This document shows positions 25,733-40,510 of a DNA stretch of 64,000 nt, one piece after another. The DNA comes from Octopus vulgaris. Lineage: Eukaryota. The translations under genes were made by a program, and so were the position numbers. Within the stretch, counting starts at the first letter, position 1; each line of letters opens with the position of its first letter. The notes below the pieces were generated by a model. It saw only the letters and a program-made list of their open reading frames with translations, did no database searches and was not told where the DNA came from. The stretch is from the NCBI GenBank assembly GCA_951406725.2, contig OX597831.1:79732001-79796000 (forward strand), given 5' to 3'.

Positions 25733-26520
25733 CAGGGTGGATGAAAAGTAATTAGGCATTAAAAATTGGTAATAAAATTCATATTCCTTTTACAAATTTT
25801 TTGAAACAAATGATACATGTTCTTCAAAATGAAAGCAAATCTTCGTATTTCAAAGTAAGCACCGGTAGCGTGAACCAGTTTCCTCAAACGGCCAGGGATA
25901 GGATGAACAACCTTCTGAAGGACGTCGTCTGGGATATCCTTGAGAACCTCCTGAATCCGTGTCCCCAAGTCCTCCCCTATGCAAGGTTTTGTCTCGAACA
26001 CCTCTTTTGTGTAACACCACAGGTAAAAATCACATGGAGTGAGATCTGGACTTCTTAAAGTTCTAGACTTTGGACTTCTGCAGTCACAGTCTTCGGGTTT
26101 TAGTTCCTACACATAATGGGGTTTCCACGGGCGAAAATTCTATTCTTTATGTAACACTGTACGTATTGGCAGTCTTCTTAGTCCACTTTTACGAGCTGTT
26201 TGACGTGTTGATTTTTGCATGCTGTGATTAAACATTTTCTACACTGTTGCCACGTTCTCCGCTGATCGGGATGTGGATGAAAGGGCCACTTCTTGCATCG
26301 TTCACAGAGCCCGTGGTCATCAGCTTTTTATTGTTTCCGGACGTAGTGTTGGACACCACCATCTCTGAATCAAAACAATGGAATTCCACACTTCATAGCG
26401 TGCTGCAATCTTAGCTCGCCCCTCAACAGTCAAGCGACCGGGCATCTGGAAAATATGAAGTAAGACAATAAGAAAATAAAAAATACCCATTAGTGTTGCC
26501 TGTTTAGAAAAGGTTTTCGT
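25733..26520 (-). mobile_element. Internally deleted Tc1/mariner-superfamily transposon (DUF4817-like HTH)
   Basis: TA+CAGGGTGG TIR at 25731; MPGRLTVEGRAKIAARYE, KSTRQTARKSG..FRPWKPH, then a jump to SPDLTPCDFYLW. The other TIR is missing. Confidence 0.82.
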
Positions 26521-26522
26521 CA

Positions 26523-26571
26523 TCCTCAATTAAGACTATGTCCGGCTTCCTTATCATTATTATTATTATTA

Positions 26572-26615
<44 letters not shown>

Positions 26616-26866
26616 CACTCAACAGATTAGACTGTTGGAAAGGAAAATAATCCTAACATCAGCCTACAACAGGCAACCTTAGATCCCAAGAACCCTCCTA
26701 CTGGGTTACCTTACATGGCAAGAGCCCTCCTAAGTATTCTAGCTGTCCCTAATAACAATCTTTTCTGCAGCTGTACTAAACTGGGTTTCATACCCATTTC
26801 CTCTATCCATCAGTTTAAATCTTTAGGGATAGTTCCCAATGCACCTATATCTGCTGGGATACATTT
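26523..26866 (+). repeat. Near-identical copy of 22287-22660
   Basis: Matches the source by eye outside the (TTA)n tract and spans the junction of two different LINE fragments. Confidence 0.92.
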
Positions 26867-27004
26867 CGCTTGACAAATGTCGCTGATTTGTCTACTTCCC
26901 CGTAACTTAGTGGTTCGACAAAACAGACCGATAGCGTAGGTATCAGACACCGCCAACAACAGCAGTAACAACAGCGATAATAAAAACAACAATAATAATA
27001 ATGT

Positions 27005-27428
27005 TTTCAAATTTTGCCACGCGGGCGGCCAATTTGGAGGAGGGGATGAGTGTATTACAACGACTCCATTGTTCAACTGGCACTTACTTTATCGACCCCG
27101 AAAGGATGAAAGGCAAAGTCAATCTCGGCGGAATTTGAACTCAGAACGCAGCAATGGGTGAAATACTGCTAAGCATTTCACCCGGCGTGCTAACGATTCT
27201 TATTTCTTTAATGCCCACAAGGGGCTACACACAGAGTGGACAAACAAGGAGAGACAAAGGGATTAAGTCGATTACGTCGACCCCAGTGCGTAACTGGTAC
27301 TTAATTTACTGACCCTGAAAGGATGGAAGGCAAAGTCTCGGCGGAATTTGAACTCAGAACGTATCGGCAGACGAAATACCGCTAAGCATTTCGCTCGGCC
27401 TGCTAACGATTCTGCCAGCTCGCCGCCT

Positions 27429-27429
<1 letters not shown>
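27005..27429 (-). mobile_element. Two fused MetaSINE-like copies (Tx1-tail copy joined into a second copy)
   Basis: On the minus strand the tail ..AAAGAAATA at about 27201 runs straight into AGAATCGTTAGCACG of the second copy. Confidence 0.8.
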
Positions 27430-27498
<69 letters not shown>

Positions 27499-27955
27499 CG
27501 GTGATGATGATAATAATAAGTACTGGTGATGATTTCTCCCACTAAATCCTTCGAGCCGGTGTTCCGCTATCCAATGATTGAAACAAGTAAAAAAAAAAAA
27601 AGAAATAAAACCCACACAATAACATATATAACAATGCAAAATAATTCACATAAGATTTTTTTTTACATAATTTATAAATTTACAAACAATAAATATATTC
27701 TACAACGTTTGAGTATTCTAAGAAACGTTAAATCTTTAAAGAATTGAATATTTAAAATGAAAATTTAAATCCAATAAAAATTACATCCACCATTAGGAAA
27801 ATCAATGTAATGGCGCGTATCTAGACACATGCAACACTGTCTTCGTATGTCTTTTTATTGACGTTATCGACTGACCCCTCCACCTAAAATTGCTGGCCTC
27901 ATATCATATATTACATTCTCCGGGTGTAAGCGTAAACGGTTAGGTGTGATTCAAG

Positions 27956-28167
27956 GCGAGCTGGCAGAAACGTTGGCACGCCGGGCGAAATGCGTAGCCG
28001 TATTTCGTCTGCCGTTACGTTCTAGGTTCAAATTCCTCCGAGGTCGACTTTGCCTTTCATCCTTTCGGGGTCGATAAATTAAGTCGATAAATTAACTGGG
28101 GTCGATGTATTCAACTTAATCCGTTTGTCCCCTCTGTGTTTAGCCCCTTGTGGGTAGTAAAGAAATG
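27956..28167 (+). mobile_element. MetaSINE-like copy, Tx1-type tail, 18-bp TSD
   Basis: GGTTAGGTGTGATTCAAG at 27938-27955 and 28168-28185. Confidence 0.92.
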
Positions 28168-30007
28168 GGTTAGGTGTGATTCAAGTAAAATTTTGGCTAT
28201 TATTTTTAATACAGAGAGTGACTACATAGAAAAGTGGTTCCCAAAGTGAGCGATAACGCCCCCCCCACCCCACCAGGAGACGGTGATATATTTAACTGGG
28301 GGTGGGAAGGGGTGGAAAAAAGGGGACGCTTATTCGTAATGTCCACCTAGTTGGTTTTCTCAGGTTTAGAAAATAGTGCTTAAAAACCGAGGTTGGATCT
28401 ACTGGCTTGCTGGCAAGTTTTGAATGTGTGTGTGCGTATGTCTATGTGCACATGTGTATTTGTACATGTGCGTACGTACGATGTACATGCGTGTAATGCA
28501 TGTGTGCGTGTGTATGTATGTGTGTGCATATATGTACATGTATGTGCGCATATATGCCAGGCGCGCGGTGAGTTATGGTTGAGGACGTTTGCTGTTGGTT
28601 TATGGCAAAACTCGTCGCCGAATTATATTCGATGATCATGTAGTTATGAATGGTTTCTGAGCCAATGGACAAGCATTAATAATAATAATAATAATAACAT
28701 TGCTGTTATTGTTGTTGCTGGTGGTGGTGAGGGGGATGTTGCGTCTCCCAGGTGAGCAGCAGTATGTATAAAAAGAAGAGGGCAAAAAAGAGCTGATACA
28801 GATACCATGTTCACCAACGACGCAGCTTCCACCGATTAACCCGGGAAACGAGGATGATGCAGTTGGGGCGAGAAGGAGCAGAAGGGGAAGAATTTGGTGG
28901 TGGTGGTGGTGGTGGTGGTGGTGGTGGTAGTGGTATAGGAGTGGAGATGAGATGGCAGCACATCATAATATCACCCACCATCATCATTATCACCATCATC
29001 GTCCTCATCAACATTACCATTGTCATCATTTACATGTGCCTCCTTTTTCATCACCTGCATCATAATCGCCCTCACCATTACCACCACCACCACCACCACC
29101 ACCAAAACAGGCATCATTATCATCTTCATCATCAGCATCATCATCATCATTACAACTGTCGTTGCCGTCATCATCATCACAACCACCACCATCATCATCA
29201 TCTTCACAACCGTCATCATCATCATCATGACCACCTCCACCACAACCATCATCATCATCAATGTCAGCAATCCTCTTAATGTCATGCTCAACAACCATCT
29301 CCACCACCACCACCACCACCACCACCACCATCACAGCCATAACCACGGCCACCACCCCGGTTGATTGTCAAATACTGTGCCTTTGGTTACTTCGTTCCCC
29401 ACCATCTCCCCTCTGAATACAAGTCCACCTCCACCCTAGAATCGACTTTGCCCTTATTGCTTTCGATGTCAATAAAGTACCAGTTAACTACTGGGGTATC
29501 AATTGCCACTCCCACGCTCTCTATCTCCCTTTCTCTCTCCCTCTAATATCTCCCTTTATATACTTGTGTCTGTCTCTTTCTCGCTTCTCTCACCCCCTCT
29601 CTCCTCCTATCTCTCTCAATATATCCCTCTCTTTCTCTCTCCGTCTCTCTTTCCTTCTTTCTCTCCATCTTTCTCCCTCCCTTTCTCTCTCTCTGTTTCT
29701 CCCTTCTTTCACCCTCACCTCCCCTCTCTCTTCCCTCTCCCTTTCTCTTCCCCTATCTTCCTTCCCTTTCTCGCCCTCTCTCCCACTCTCTTCCCTTCTC
29801 TTCCTCTCTCCCTCCCTCATCTTCTCCCTAGCACTTTGTGTTTAACTTTCTCTCTCTCTTTGCGTTTATTTCCCTCTCTCTCCGTTTATCTCTCCCTCTT
29901 TCTCTCTCCATCGTTCTCCTTCCCTCCGTCTCTCCCCTCTCTCTCTCTCTCTCTGTTTCTCTCTCTCCCCTCCCTCTTTCCGTATATGTGTCTGTCTGTC
30001 GCCTGTA

Positions 30008-30045
<38 letters not shown>

Positions 30046-31512
30046 AACTTCTCTGTCTTTCTTTCTGAACATGCTAAATACACAGAAAGTACTGCAACAT
30101 CAACATCAACATTACTCGCACCATCACCTTTTCACTCTTCGCAACTACCACCACACAGCCACCATCATAACTACAACACCACCACCGCCACGACCTCCGT
30201 CGCCACCACCACCACCACAATGAACATGAACAACGCCAGTACCAGCATCCCTATAACCTTTACCATCGCCATCACCACCATCACCGACACCCCCTCACCA
30301 CCAACACCACTTCCACCATCCCCACCACCGCTACCACCAACATCACCGCCATTTCGACGACCTTCACCTGCACCGCTAACACCACCACAAACAACAACAA
30401 CAACAACGACAACACCTAGAGCGCCACTAATACCAGTTCCAAAACCACGACCACCACCACTAACACATGTAGCAGAACATACATCAATACCACCGTTGCC
30501 ATCACCACCAACAACAACAACAACAAAAGCAACAATAACAATAATGGCAACAACAAATTTACGATGAAACCCGTCAGCCATTTTAATTAATTTCTTTTTA
30601 TTTATTTTCTCGTAAAACTTTTATCTACGAGACATGGCAGAATGGTTAGCGCGGGAAGAGGCAAAGCTGAGAGATCCAGGTTCGATCAGCGTTGGGTAAC
30701 AAACGTTATTCGTAAACTGTGTAATATCGTTCACTGCTAGAAATAGTAGTCAAGACACACACTGAAGCCACAGAACTACGTTAATCGTTGGCGGACCTAT
30801 GCTCTGCTAGAAGAATAAGTCAGATTTCACTCCATCTACATAGAATCAGAATCTGATGAAAGAGGTTCCAGAACCTGCTAGGAATAGTAGCCACTTCTCA
30901 CTCAGAACCACATACTGCCAAAGAAATGAATCACGTGCGCGCACGTGTGTGTGTACTGGTGTGTGGGTTTGTGCGCGCATGAGTGTGTGTGTGTATGTGT
31001 ATAATATGTTTGCGTGTTTGTGTGTACAAAGAGAGAGTGGGTAAGAGAGAGGAGGAGAGTGAGAGTGAAGGACAGAGACAGAGAGACAAACAGAGAGACA
31101 GAGAGACAGAGAAAATAGAGCCTGGCGTCTTTGTCAACTTCTTATATTTTCAATTGTAATCACACCGGGACGAACTTAGCTTTTCGTTTGTTCAGGTTCG
31201 ATAAAAACGAATTTAGCCGACACAGGGGTTGGTACTTTATTTTATCGACCGTCGAAGGATCTTCATCTTATTTAAGCAGCTGTGTCTAGAATTTAAGTTT
31301 GAATGGGTCCTTTCATCACAACCTTTTCGATGGAATAAACGTATCCGCTCTCTAGAGTCGAGTAATTAGAAACACGTCATCAATAAGGTTACAGGCAAAC
31401 GCCTGGAGTGTGGCGAAAAGTTTCAGCAAATAATTGGTTGCTTAGTTTGTACTTGAATAAAAATAACAACAACAACAACAACAACAACAACCACAACAAC
31501 AACAACAACAGC

Positions 31513-31568
<56 letters not shown>

Positions 31569-32449
31569 CAGAGGGAAAATATAAACAGTGCGTGTATTTT
31601 CATTGGTAAGAAAAGGATCATTTCAAGGTACAACCAAGCACACATACACACACATATAAATGCATAATAATAATGGGGCAGCATCATAGCCATGTGTTGA
31701 AAGAAATTATTCTTTGGGGTTTCAATAATTCACCTCTGGAAACATGGGTGTTTCGTTCAACACTCTGAAACAGTCCTTATTCAGGGCGGAATGGGCTACT
31801 CGATGTGAAGAAAATTCCAACTGGGCTCCACCCGCAAGGTCATGCTCTGTTTATTTTGATATGAGATTATTATGTCGCGCGCATATGGTTGTGATGCATG
31901 TGCCTGGTGTAACCTTATCAGACGTGTAATCATGACGGGATATACTGGGCTTCGTATATTTTACTCCAGTGTCACTTCGAGGACATGCACTGCTCTCTCT
32001 CACTCAACAACAACAACAACAACAACAACAACAGCAATAATAATAATGATAATAATTATAATTATAATAATAATAACAACAACCTTTCTACTATAGGCAG
32101 AACGCCTTAAATATTCAACTAGTATTTATTTCATCAACCCCGAAGGATGAAGGGCAAAGTCAACCTAGGCGGAATTAGAACTCAGCAACCAAAGACAGAC
32201 GAAATGCCACTAAGCGTTGGGTCTGAAGTGCTTCCGATTCTGACACTCACCGCCTTAAATGATTTCAAATTTATGCACACCGCCAGCAATTTTTAAAGTG
32301 AGGGAAAGTTGATGACATTGACCCCCAATATTTGACTGGTATCCATTTTACCATTCCCGAAGGGATGAAGGGCGAAGTCAAACTCGGTAGCATCTTATTT
32401 TATCCGACGGGCTAACGATTCTGCTTAGCTTGTCGCCTTAATAATAATG

Positions 32450-32520
<71 letters not shown>

Positions 32521-32976
32521 CATGCCTCCTCATTGATATGAATGTCCCAATCAATATATACGTATCTGTCAAGACCTACCAAAAACTGAGCAAATATAAA
32601 GATCTTGAAATAGAAATCAGTAAAATGTGGAACCTGAAGACAAAAAGAATACCTGTTGTCATAGGTGCCCTGGGAATGATAGCGAAAGGGACTGATTGCT
32701 ACCTAACTCCGATACCAGGAAATCCCCAAATGGCAGAAATTCAAAAGATAGTGCTCGTGGGAACTGCTCATATCCTACGCAAAATACTTTCTATGTAATC
32801 TCAAGTTTTGAAACAAACACATAATTTTCTTATGGTTTCTTAAACATTCTCTAGAACAACACTATGTACAAAACCAAATATATGGCACCCATGAACTTCA
32901 AACTTGTTGTCTCTTGAGGTCGCTGGGCGAGACTCGGAGCCAACTTATAGAAATGTAACGCAAAAGTCAAACATAA
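32521..32976 (+). mobile_element. Dong-like (R4 clade) LINE 3' end in (TAA)n
   Basis: CLLIDMNVP..KLSKYKDLEIEISKMW..VVIGALG; same family as 33031-34575; (TAA)n on both sides. Confidence 0.92.
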
Positions 32977-33030
<54 letters not shown>

Positions 33031-34575
33031 CTCATTTACATGGATGATTTAAAGCTCTTTGCAAAAAATGACCAACAACTCAAGGGCTTACTAGTGATCG
33101 TTAAACAATTCAGAGATGACATCAGAATGCAATTTGCCCTCGATAAATGTGCAAAAGAAACAGGATCGAAGCGATCAATGATTTAGCCATACCAGTCGTG
33201 ACTTACAGTTTCAATATCGTTAACTGGTCAATTACTGAAATATGTAATCTCGACAGAAAAATACGAAAACTGTTGACAATGCATAGAATGCACCACCCTA
33301 AGGCAGATACAGAACGACTTTATCTGCCAAGAAAAGAGGGAGGCCGTGGTCTTTTGCAACTTGCAATAACAATGAAGATTGCTACAATTGGCCTAGACAC
33401 CTACCTGAAAAACTCTGAGGACTGGGTGTTAAAACTTGTCTCAAAACATGAAAACAAGAAGCATCGTACTCAGTAACAAAACAGGCAAAGAAATATCTAA
33501 GTGAATTCCGAATACAACAAATTTCGGAATTAGACATACAAGAAACAAGCACAGAAAAAGCTAAACGCATGAAAACCCGTGCTAAAACTCCTGCCTTAGA
33601 AATTCTGACCGATAAATGGCAAGAAAAACCTCTCTATGGCAAATACCCAAAGAGAGCGAATAATGCCGATGTTGACAAAGCCCTGACCCATCAATGACGA
33701 ATGGCGTCTGGCTTAAAATCTGAAACAGAAGGGTTTATCATAGCAGCTCAAGATCAATGCCTACCAACAAAGAACTACCAGGCCGACATATTAAAGAACG
33801 GCAGTAGCCCAACATGTCGTGTATGTCAACAACAAAGTGAAACCATTGATCATGTTGTCTCCAAGTGCAGTCTTCTTGCGCCTACAGAGTATCTCAACTG
33901 GCATGATAGAGCTGCACAATATATTCACTGGGTAATTTGCAAAAGCCTGGACTTGCCCCATAATAAAAACTGGTGGGAACACAAACCACCTCCAGTGCTT
34001 GAAAATGACCACATCTCACTCCTCTGGAACTTCACCATTCAAACTGACAGAAAGATAGACGCGAATAGATGCATTATATTGAAAGACTTCAAACAAATAA
34101 CATGCCCCCTCATTGATATGACTGTCCCAATCGATATAAACGTATCTGTCAAAACCTACCAAAAACTGAGCAAATATAAAGATCTTAAAATAGAAATCAA
34201 CAAAATGTGGAACCTGAAGACTAAAGCAATACCTGTTGTCATAGGTGCCCTGGGAATGATAGCAAAAGGGGCTGATCGCTACCTAACTCAGATACCAGGA
34301 AACCCCAAAATGGCAGAAATTCAAAAGATAGTGCTCATGGGAACTGCTCATATCCTACGCAAAATACCTTCAATGTAATCTCAAGTTTTAAAACAAACAC
34401 ATAATTTTCGGGGTTTTTTTGACATTCACTAGTACAACACTAAATACAAAACCAAATATATGGCACACTAGGCATAACAACATCCCTAACTTCCAAGCTG
34501 TTGTCTCTTGAGGTCTCTGGGTGAGACTTGGAGCCAACTTGTACAAATATAAAGCAAAAGTCAAACATAGAATGA
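33031..34575 (+). mobile_element. Dong-like (R4 clade) LINE, 5'-truncated and internally deleted, in (TAA)n
   Basis: LIYMDDLKLFA, a deletion between DKCAK and NRIEAIN, HHPKADTERLY, CCHC zinc knuckle (CRVC..H..C) and RLE motifs. Confidence 0.93.
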
Positions 34576-34822
34576 TAATAATAGTTTCAAATTTTGTCAC
34601 AAGGCTAGCAATATCGGGGCAGGGGTCACGTCGATTACATCGAAACTAATGGCCAACAAAATTTATTTTATCGACACCGAAAAGATGAAAGGGAAAGTCG
34701 ACTTCGGTGGATTTTGAACTCACAACGTAAACACGGGCGAAATGCTGTCAAGCATTTTGCTAACGGTTCTGCCAGCTCACCGCCCGACAGATAATAACAA
34801 CAACAACAACAACAACAACAAC

Positions 34823-34873
<51 letters not shown>

Positions 34874-34932
34874 TGTTATATAATATGATTTGTGATAAAG
34901 AAAGAGAGACAGACAGAAGACAGACAGAGAGG

Positions 34933-34972
<40 letters not shown>

Positions 34973-35184
34973 GAGAGAAAGAAAAAGCGAGGGAAAGCTT
35001 TATATAATACATAAACCGCCATGTTGTTAATGAGGACTCGAAGCGTAGATGGTGACAATAAATGTCTGCTTATAAAACACTTTTACGAGATTTAAAAGCA
35101 ATGCAAATGTTTGGAGAGGAACGAAGATTTTGCGGCAGACAACAAAGGAGAGACAACTCTGCAAATCTTCTTGTCTTGTGCGTT

Positions 35185-35240
<56 letters not shown>

Positions 35241-36051
35241 CATGTGTGTGTGTGCGTGCGTGTGTGCGTGCATGTGTCTGCGAGCATGTCTCTGTGTGTG
35301 CATGTGTGTTTGTGTGTTTGTGTGTGCATGTCTGTGTATGTGTGTGCGCATGTGCGTCTGTGTGTGTGTGCATATGTGTGTGTGTGTTAATGTGTGTTTG
35401 TGTGTGTGTGCATGTGTGTGTGTGTTTGTGTGTGTGTGCATGTGTGTGTGTGTATTTGTGTGTGTGTGCATGTGTGTGTGTGCATCTGTGTGCGCATGTG
35501 CGTGTGTGTGTGCGTATGTGTGTGTGTGCATGTGTGTGCGTGCATGTGTGTGTGTCCATGTGTGTGTGTGTGTGTGTATACATAGTGACAATTCTGAAGA
35601 GGTCTTGTGCGTGTATGTATGCGTGTATACATCTTGCTGAGCGTTTTATTTATATTAATTTGTATTTGTTTTTTGTTGTTTTATTTTCCTTTGGTGTTTC
35701 TTACGTTATTTATTAGTTAATTTGTTTATGTTTTTGTTTATTCGCGTGTTTTGTATTAAATTCGTGATATGTTTACGTTTTCTTCGTGCTTTTTTATGTT
35801 TTGTGGCCTAGTGGGGGGGGTGCATAGTAAAGACTAGGTTCTGTGATAAATGTGTGTGTATTTGTTCTTGTTGTGAACGCATGTGTGTGTGTGCATGTAT
35901 GTACGTGCTTACGTTTGTGAGCGTGTGTGTGCGTGTTCATGTTAATGTGTGTAGCTTTCCCCCTCTGTTATTGTTAGTGTGTGCGTTCGTGTATGTATAG
36001 CTCTGTATGTGTGTGACAGTGAACTGGTGTCTGTGTGTCGATCTTATTATA

Positions 36052-36880
36052 CCTGGTCTGATCAATAAGTATCCGGATTGTTGCCATAGTAACGAAGCTA
36101 AAGCACGCAGGGTAAAGCCGGTTGGCACAGATTCACCATGAATTCTGCTATGCATGCGCACTAAGTTTCAACGTGTTTATTTCTCTTCCGCTGTTTACAG
36201 AATTGCTCGTAAGGAACGTGTGTAGCGTGTGATTGTCGCAACGAACATCACAGAGAGAGCTGAACAGAGAATCTGCCCCAAATTTTGCAAAAAAAGCTTG
36301 GCGATACCTGCTAAGAGACCTACGCAAAGTTTTCAAAAACTTTCCATCACTCTCGACACAATCAAGGAAATCTTGTGCAACAGAAACCCGAGTCTCTTTT
36401 TGGTCAATTCAAAGCAGCTTTGTAACAAACTTGACAAATACGCGTCTCATATCCAGATCTTCAGTGATAATGGACTGATCTGAACCGTAAAGAATCTGCA
36501 CATCCTCTGATAACTTACGGGTGGTGATTCGACGATTTCCTCTCACAACTGCACTTACATATGCGAGGTTTTTCTCAGTTCTGCTGGCTGCAGGTCTTCC
36601 AGAACGTTCGGCAATATCGACATTTTTTCGGCCATCTTGGAAACGTCTGAACCACTCATACACTCCTCTCCATACACTTTCTGCAACTTTGCGCAGGTCT
36701 CTGAGTAGTTACGCCATGAAAACTTTCTCTGTCATAGTCAACGCGACGATCACACGCTACACACCTTCCTTCCAAGCACTGCTGTAAACAGCGGAAGTGG
36801 GCTAGAACGTTAAAACTTAGTGCGCATGCACAACAGAGTTCAATGTTAATCTTTGCCTATCGGCAAAAAGTCAAAGCAGC
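36052..36880. mobile_element. Second fold-back mariner derivative, inverted relative to 22814-23588
   Basis: TA+CCTGGTCTGATCAATAAGTA TIR; YEWFRRFQDGRKNV on -; same inverted-arm layout. Confidence 0.85.
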
Positions 36881-37813
36881 TTTTGCAAAAGCTGCCGGAA
36901 ACATTTTCACATTTAGCAGCTTGGATCCGCTGCCACCCAAACCCCGGCGGATAGTATCTTCTATCTACTTGGGTTTCATTCCAGGTGGCAACCCGCAGAT
37001 CCAAGCTCTTGTTATCTTCCCTCAAAATGTGCGAAGAAACAGAATCTCTTGCCCTTCCAAGGGCTGGCTCACAAACCTGCGAGCCTCCTCGGGGGTGTTA
37101 AACAGCAACCACATCGTTGCATATTTGGCACCCTGGAAATAAATTCTTTGATTGGCAGACACTCTGCCAACTATTTCTCTATTTCAATTTTCTTGAAAAC
37201 GGTGACGGTGTCGAGCGACTTCGAGTATGTCCTCAACACCACCGTCCTCTCTTCCAAGTCTTTTACCCACTCTTTGGATGGGACAATCTCTCACTCCAAC
37301 ACAGTGTCTAGTTTCTTTACCATGTTCTTTAGTTGAAAGAAGTTCAAAAGAAAGTCAGAAAAAGAGACAAAAAAAGAAGGTAGAAGGAAAGAAAATAGTT
37401 CAAGAAAAGCAGTTCAGGAACACAGCGACCACAACTCTGTGGCCAACTGGTACTCCAAATAGCAACAGGAACATAGATCCACAAATTTCACCAATAATTG
37501 GTGAAACAAATTCCACAATTTTTCGAGGCGGGATACGGCCCCAAAACACACTTCTCAGCGGTAAGTGAGACACTAAGCGCAACTACAGGCAGACAAATGC
37601 CCGGAATCCAGTAGAGATTTCTTGTTGGAAGAAAAATAAACACAAAACAACAAACCCCCACTGAATCCCCTCCCCCCCAAAACGAATGTTCTACCTTGCA
37701 GTTGCGCTTCACTAGTTCAATAATTCACGACACTGCACACCAGTATCAAGACTTCTCTCACTGTAAAGAAACCACAGATACACGCATGCTCGGGAAGCAA
37801 GTCACTTGCCACT

Positions 37814-37815
<2 letters not shown>
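36881..37815 (-). mobile_element. Tx1/L1-clade 5' region (5' UTR + degenerate ORF1)
   Basis: Frameshifted KEFISRG.KYATMWL..PLEGQEILFLRTF.GKITRAWICGLPP resembles EEFLTRGKRYAA..TVLLPTYLGRCTTKVTI at about 63050-63230, which lies upstream of a zinc knuckle. Confidence 0.6.
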
Positions 37816-37856
<41 letters not shown>

Positions 37857-38266
37857 TCACACACTCACACACATACACATGTGCACGTATATCCATATGT
37901 ACATATATAAATTCGCAAATGTATGTGCATCTCCATACACAAATAATTTGCTAGTTTCGGGCATCTGCCACTGGCCATGCTGGGGCAGAGTTTCAATGGT
38001 TTAGATAATCATATCGACCACATTGATCCTATAGTAGTCACGTCCTTGTTTTGTCGATACATCTATGTCGCAGTGCTAGGTTACGCTTCTTGAAATGTTA
38101 CAAAGGCACTTACTCTGACATGGAATAGACTCACCCATTCACACACACACTCACACACCCACACACACATACACACACAAACACACACATACGTATATAC
38201 ATACACTCATACATTATCCATACATTATAGAAACACACAAATCTATATACATGTCCATATTCTCTC

Positions 38267-38335
<69 letters not shown>

Positions 38336-38498
38336 GTATGTATATGTGTGTGTGCGTGTGTGTATTCATATATATATATATATATGAGTGTATTTTTTAC
38401 ACAACTGTATGTTACAAATATATATATACATACGTATATAAATAAATATATATCATACATGTATATAGAAGCGTGTGTATATATATATATGTATGTGA

Positions 38499-38546
<48 letters not shown>

Positions 38547-39169
38547 GTATATGTATGTATGTGTAGACATAGACATACATGCCTATATATATATATATAT
38601 ATATGTATACATACATACATATAGAGATACACACACAGAGACAGACAGACATACACGTCCGTTCAAATACGTACATGCGTGTGTGTTTGTGCTTCTCTGG
38701 AAACACCTAACGTGTAGTGTATGTTCAGCGCCCCGTCGTCACCCCCTAAATTTGTTTAATTTGAGTTGATTTACTAAGTTACCGTGTTAAAGGTGGAATG
38801 ACATAGGATAACACGGTCTATTTAATTAAAGTTTTCTGGTTTGTATATGTGGCGCATGGGAGAACTTTGTAGTGCAGTGTTTGCGGATAGTGTGGGATTT
38901 TTCTTGTAACAAATAATGTGTGTTTATATGAAAACTAACAGGAACCAATAACATAAGAAATAAAGGTATAAAACAGTTAAAAGACAAAAAAGGGGGAAAA
39001 TAAGCAAAATATATATACTGGAAAAACAAAATGGACGAAAGAACAGCAAACGTAACGTGTCGTAAATATCAACAACGGTAGTAAAAGGAACGAAGACAGA
39101 CTAATTAAATAATATTGGTAAACGCAAAACAACTGTTGTCTTGCTGCTGCTACTACTACTACTACTACA

Positions 39170-39313
<144 letters not shown>

Positions 39314-39408
39314 GTGTACGACACCAACGATCGCTGCCAATGTACTAACAACGATACAAACATGTACGTATGTATATGAGTGTATTTATCTACATGTATA
39401 CATACATA

Positions 39409-39464
<56 letters not shown>

Positions 39465-39512
39465 CATTACACATATATGCGTGTTTGAATGTCTAATAAT
39501 GTTCGTGAAGCT

Positions 39513-39570
<58 letters not shown>

Positions 39571-39689
39571 CAAATAAGAACACGTTAAGTATTTAGAACA
39601 GCTATTTCAGACCCATTTTGACCCTTTTCTATTGATGAATAATTCAGTTACATCATGAAAAGTCAGGTGTCTAATCAGGTGACTAAAAC

Positions 39690-39736
<47 letters not shown>

Positions 39737-40104
39737 TATCGATAGGTAGATAGACAGGTAGATAGATAGGTAGATAGATCGATAGACAGACAGATTGACA
39801 GATAGATAATTTAATATAATACACACACACTCACACACACATATTCTCTCTTACATACTTCACGCATTGGAGTGAAGCATTGTAAGGGTGTCGAATAAAT
39901 CGACCCCAGTTCCTACTTAAATTTGGTACTTATTCCATCGGGCTGTTTTCTGACGAACAGCTAAGTCACAGTAAGATAAACAAACCAAAACCAGGGGTCA
40001 AGCATCAATGTGAGAGAGAGACACACAGCGGCCCGCTTCATATTTTCCGTCGACCGAGTTCACTCTTAATGCATTCATTGGCAATAGTTATTAGTAGTCT
40101 GTAG

Positions 40105-40260
40105 TATGTGTGGCTGCGTGGTAAAGAGCTTGCTTTCCAGCCACATAGTTGCGGGTTCAGTCCCACTGGGGAACCACCTTGAGCTAATAATTTCTACTAA
40201 AGTTTCGGGCTGACCAAAGCCTTAAGCGGATTTGGTAGACGGAAACTGAAATAAGCTTGT

Positions 40261-40297
<37 letters not shown>

Positions 40298-40305
40298 ATG
40301 GATGT

Positions 40306-40340
<35 letters not shown>

Positions 40341-40510
40341 GACAGCCGGTACTAGCGTATTTCCATCCCTCTAACATAGCGATTCGGTAAAAATGACCAA
40401 GAAAATACACCACCGCCTCAAGAAAATAATATGTAGTGGGATAGATTCGTTCGACTAAAGCTCATCAAGGAGGTGCCCCAGTATGGCCGCAGTCCAAAGA
40501 TTGAAAGTTG
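40105..40510 (+). mobile_element. tRNA SINE with internal (TA)n(TG)n and CR1-like tail
   Basis: Same family as 19627-20015; tail GGTGCCCCAGTATGGCCGCAGTC. Confidence 0.85.

Noticed and set aside
29503-30567. 354-aa Ser/Pro/Leu ORF
   Set aside because: Degenerate (CT)n plus (CAC)n low-complexity DNA.
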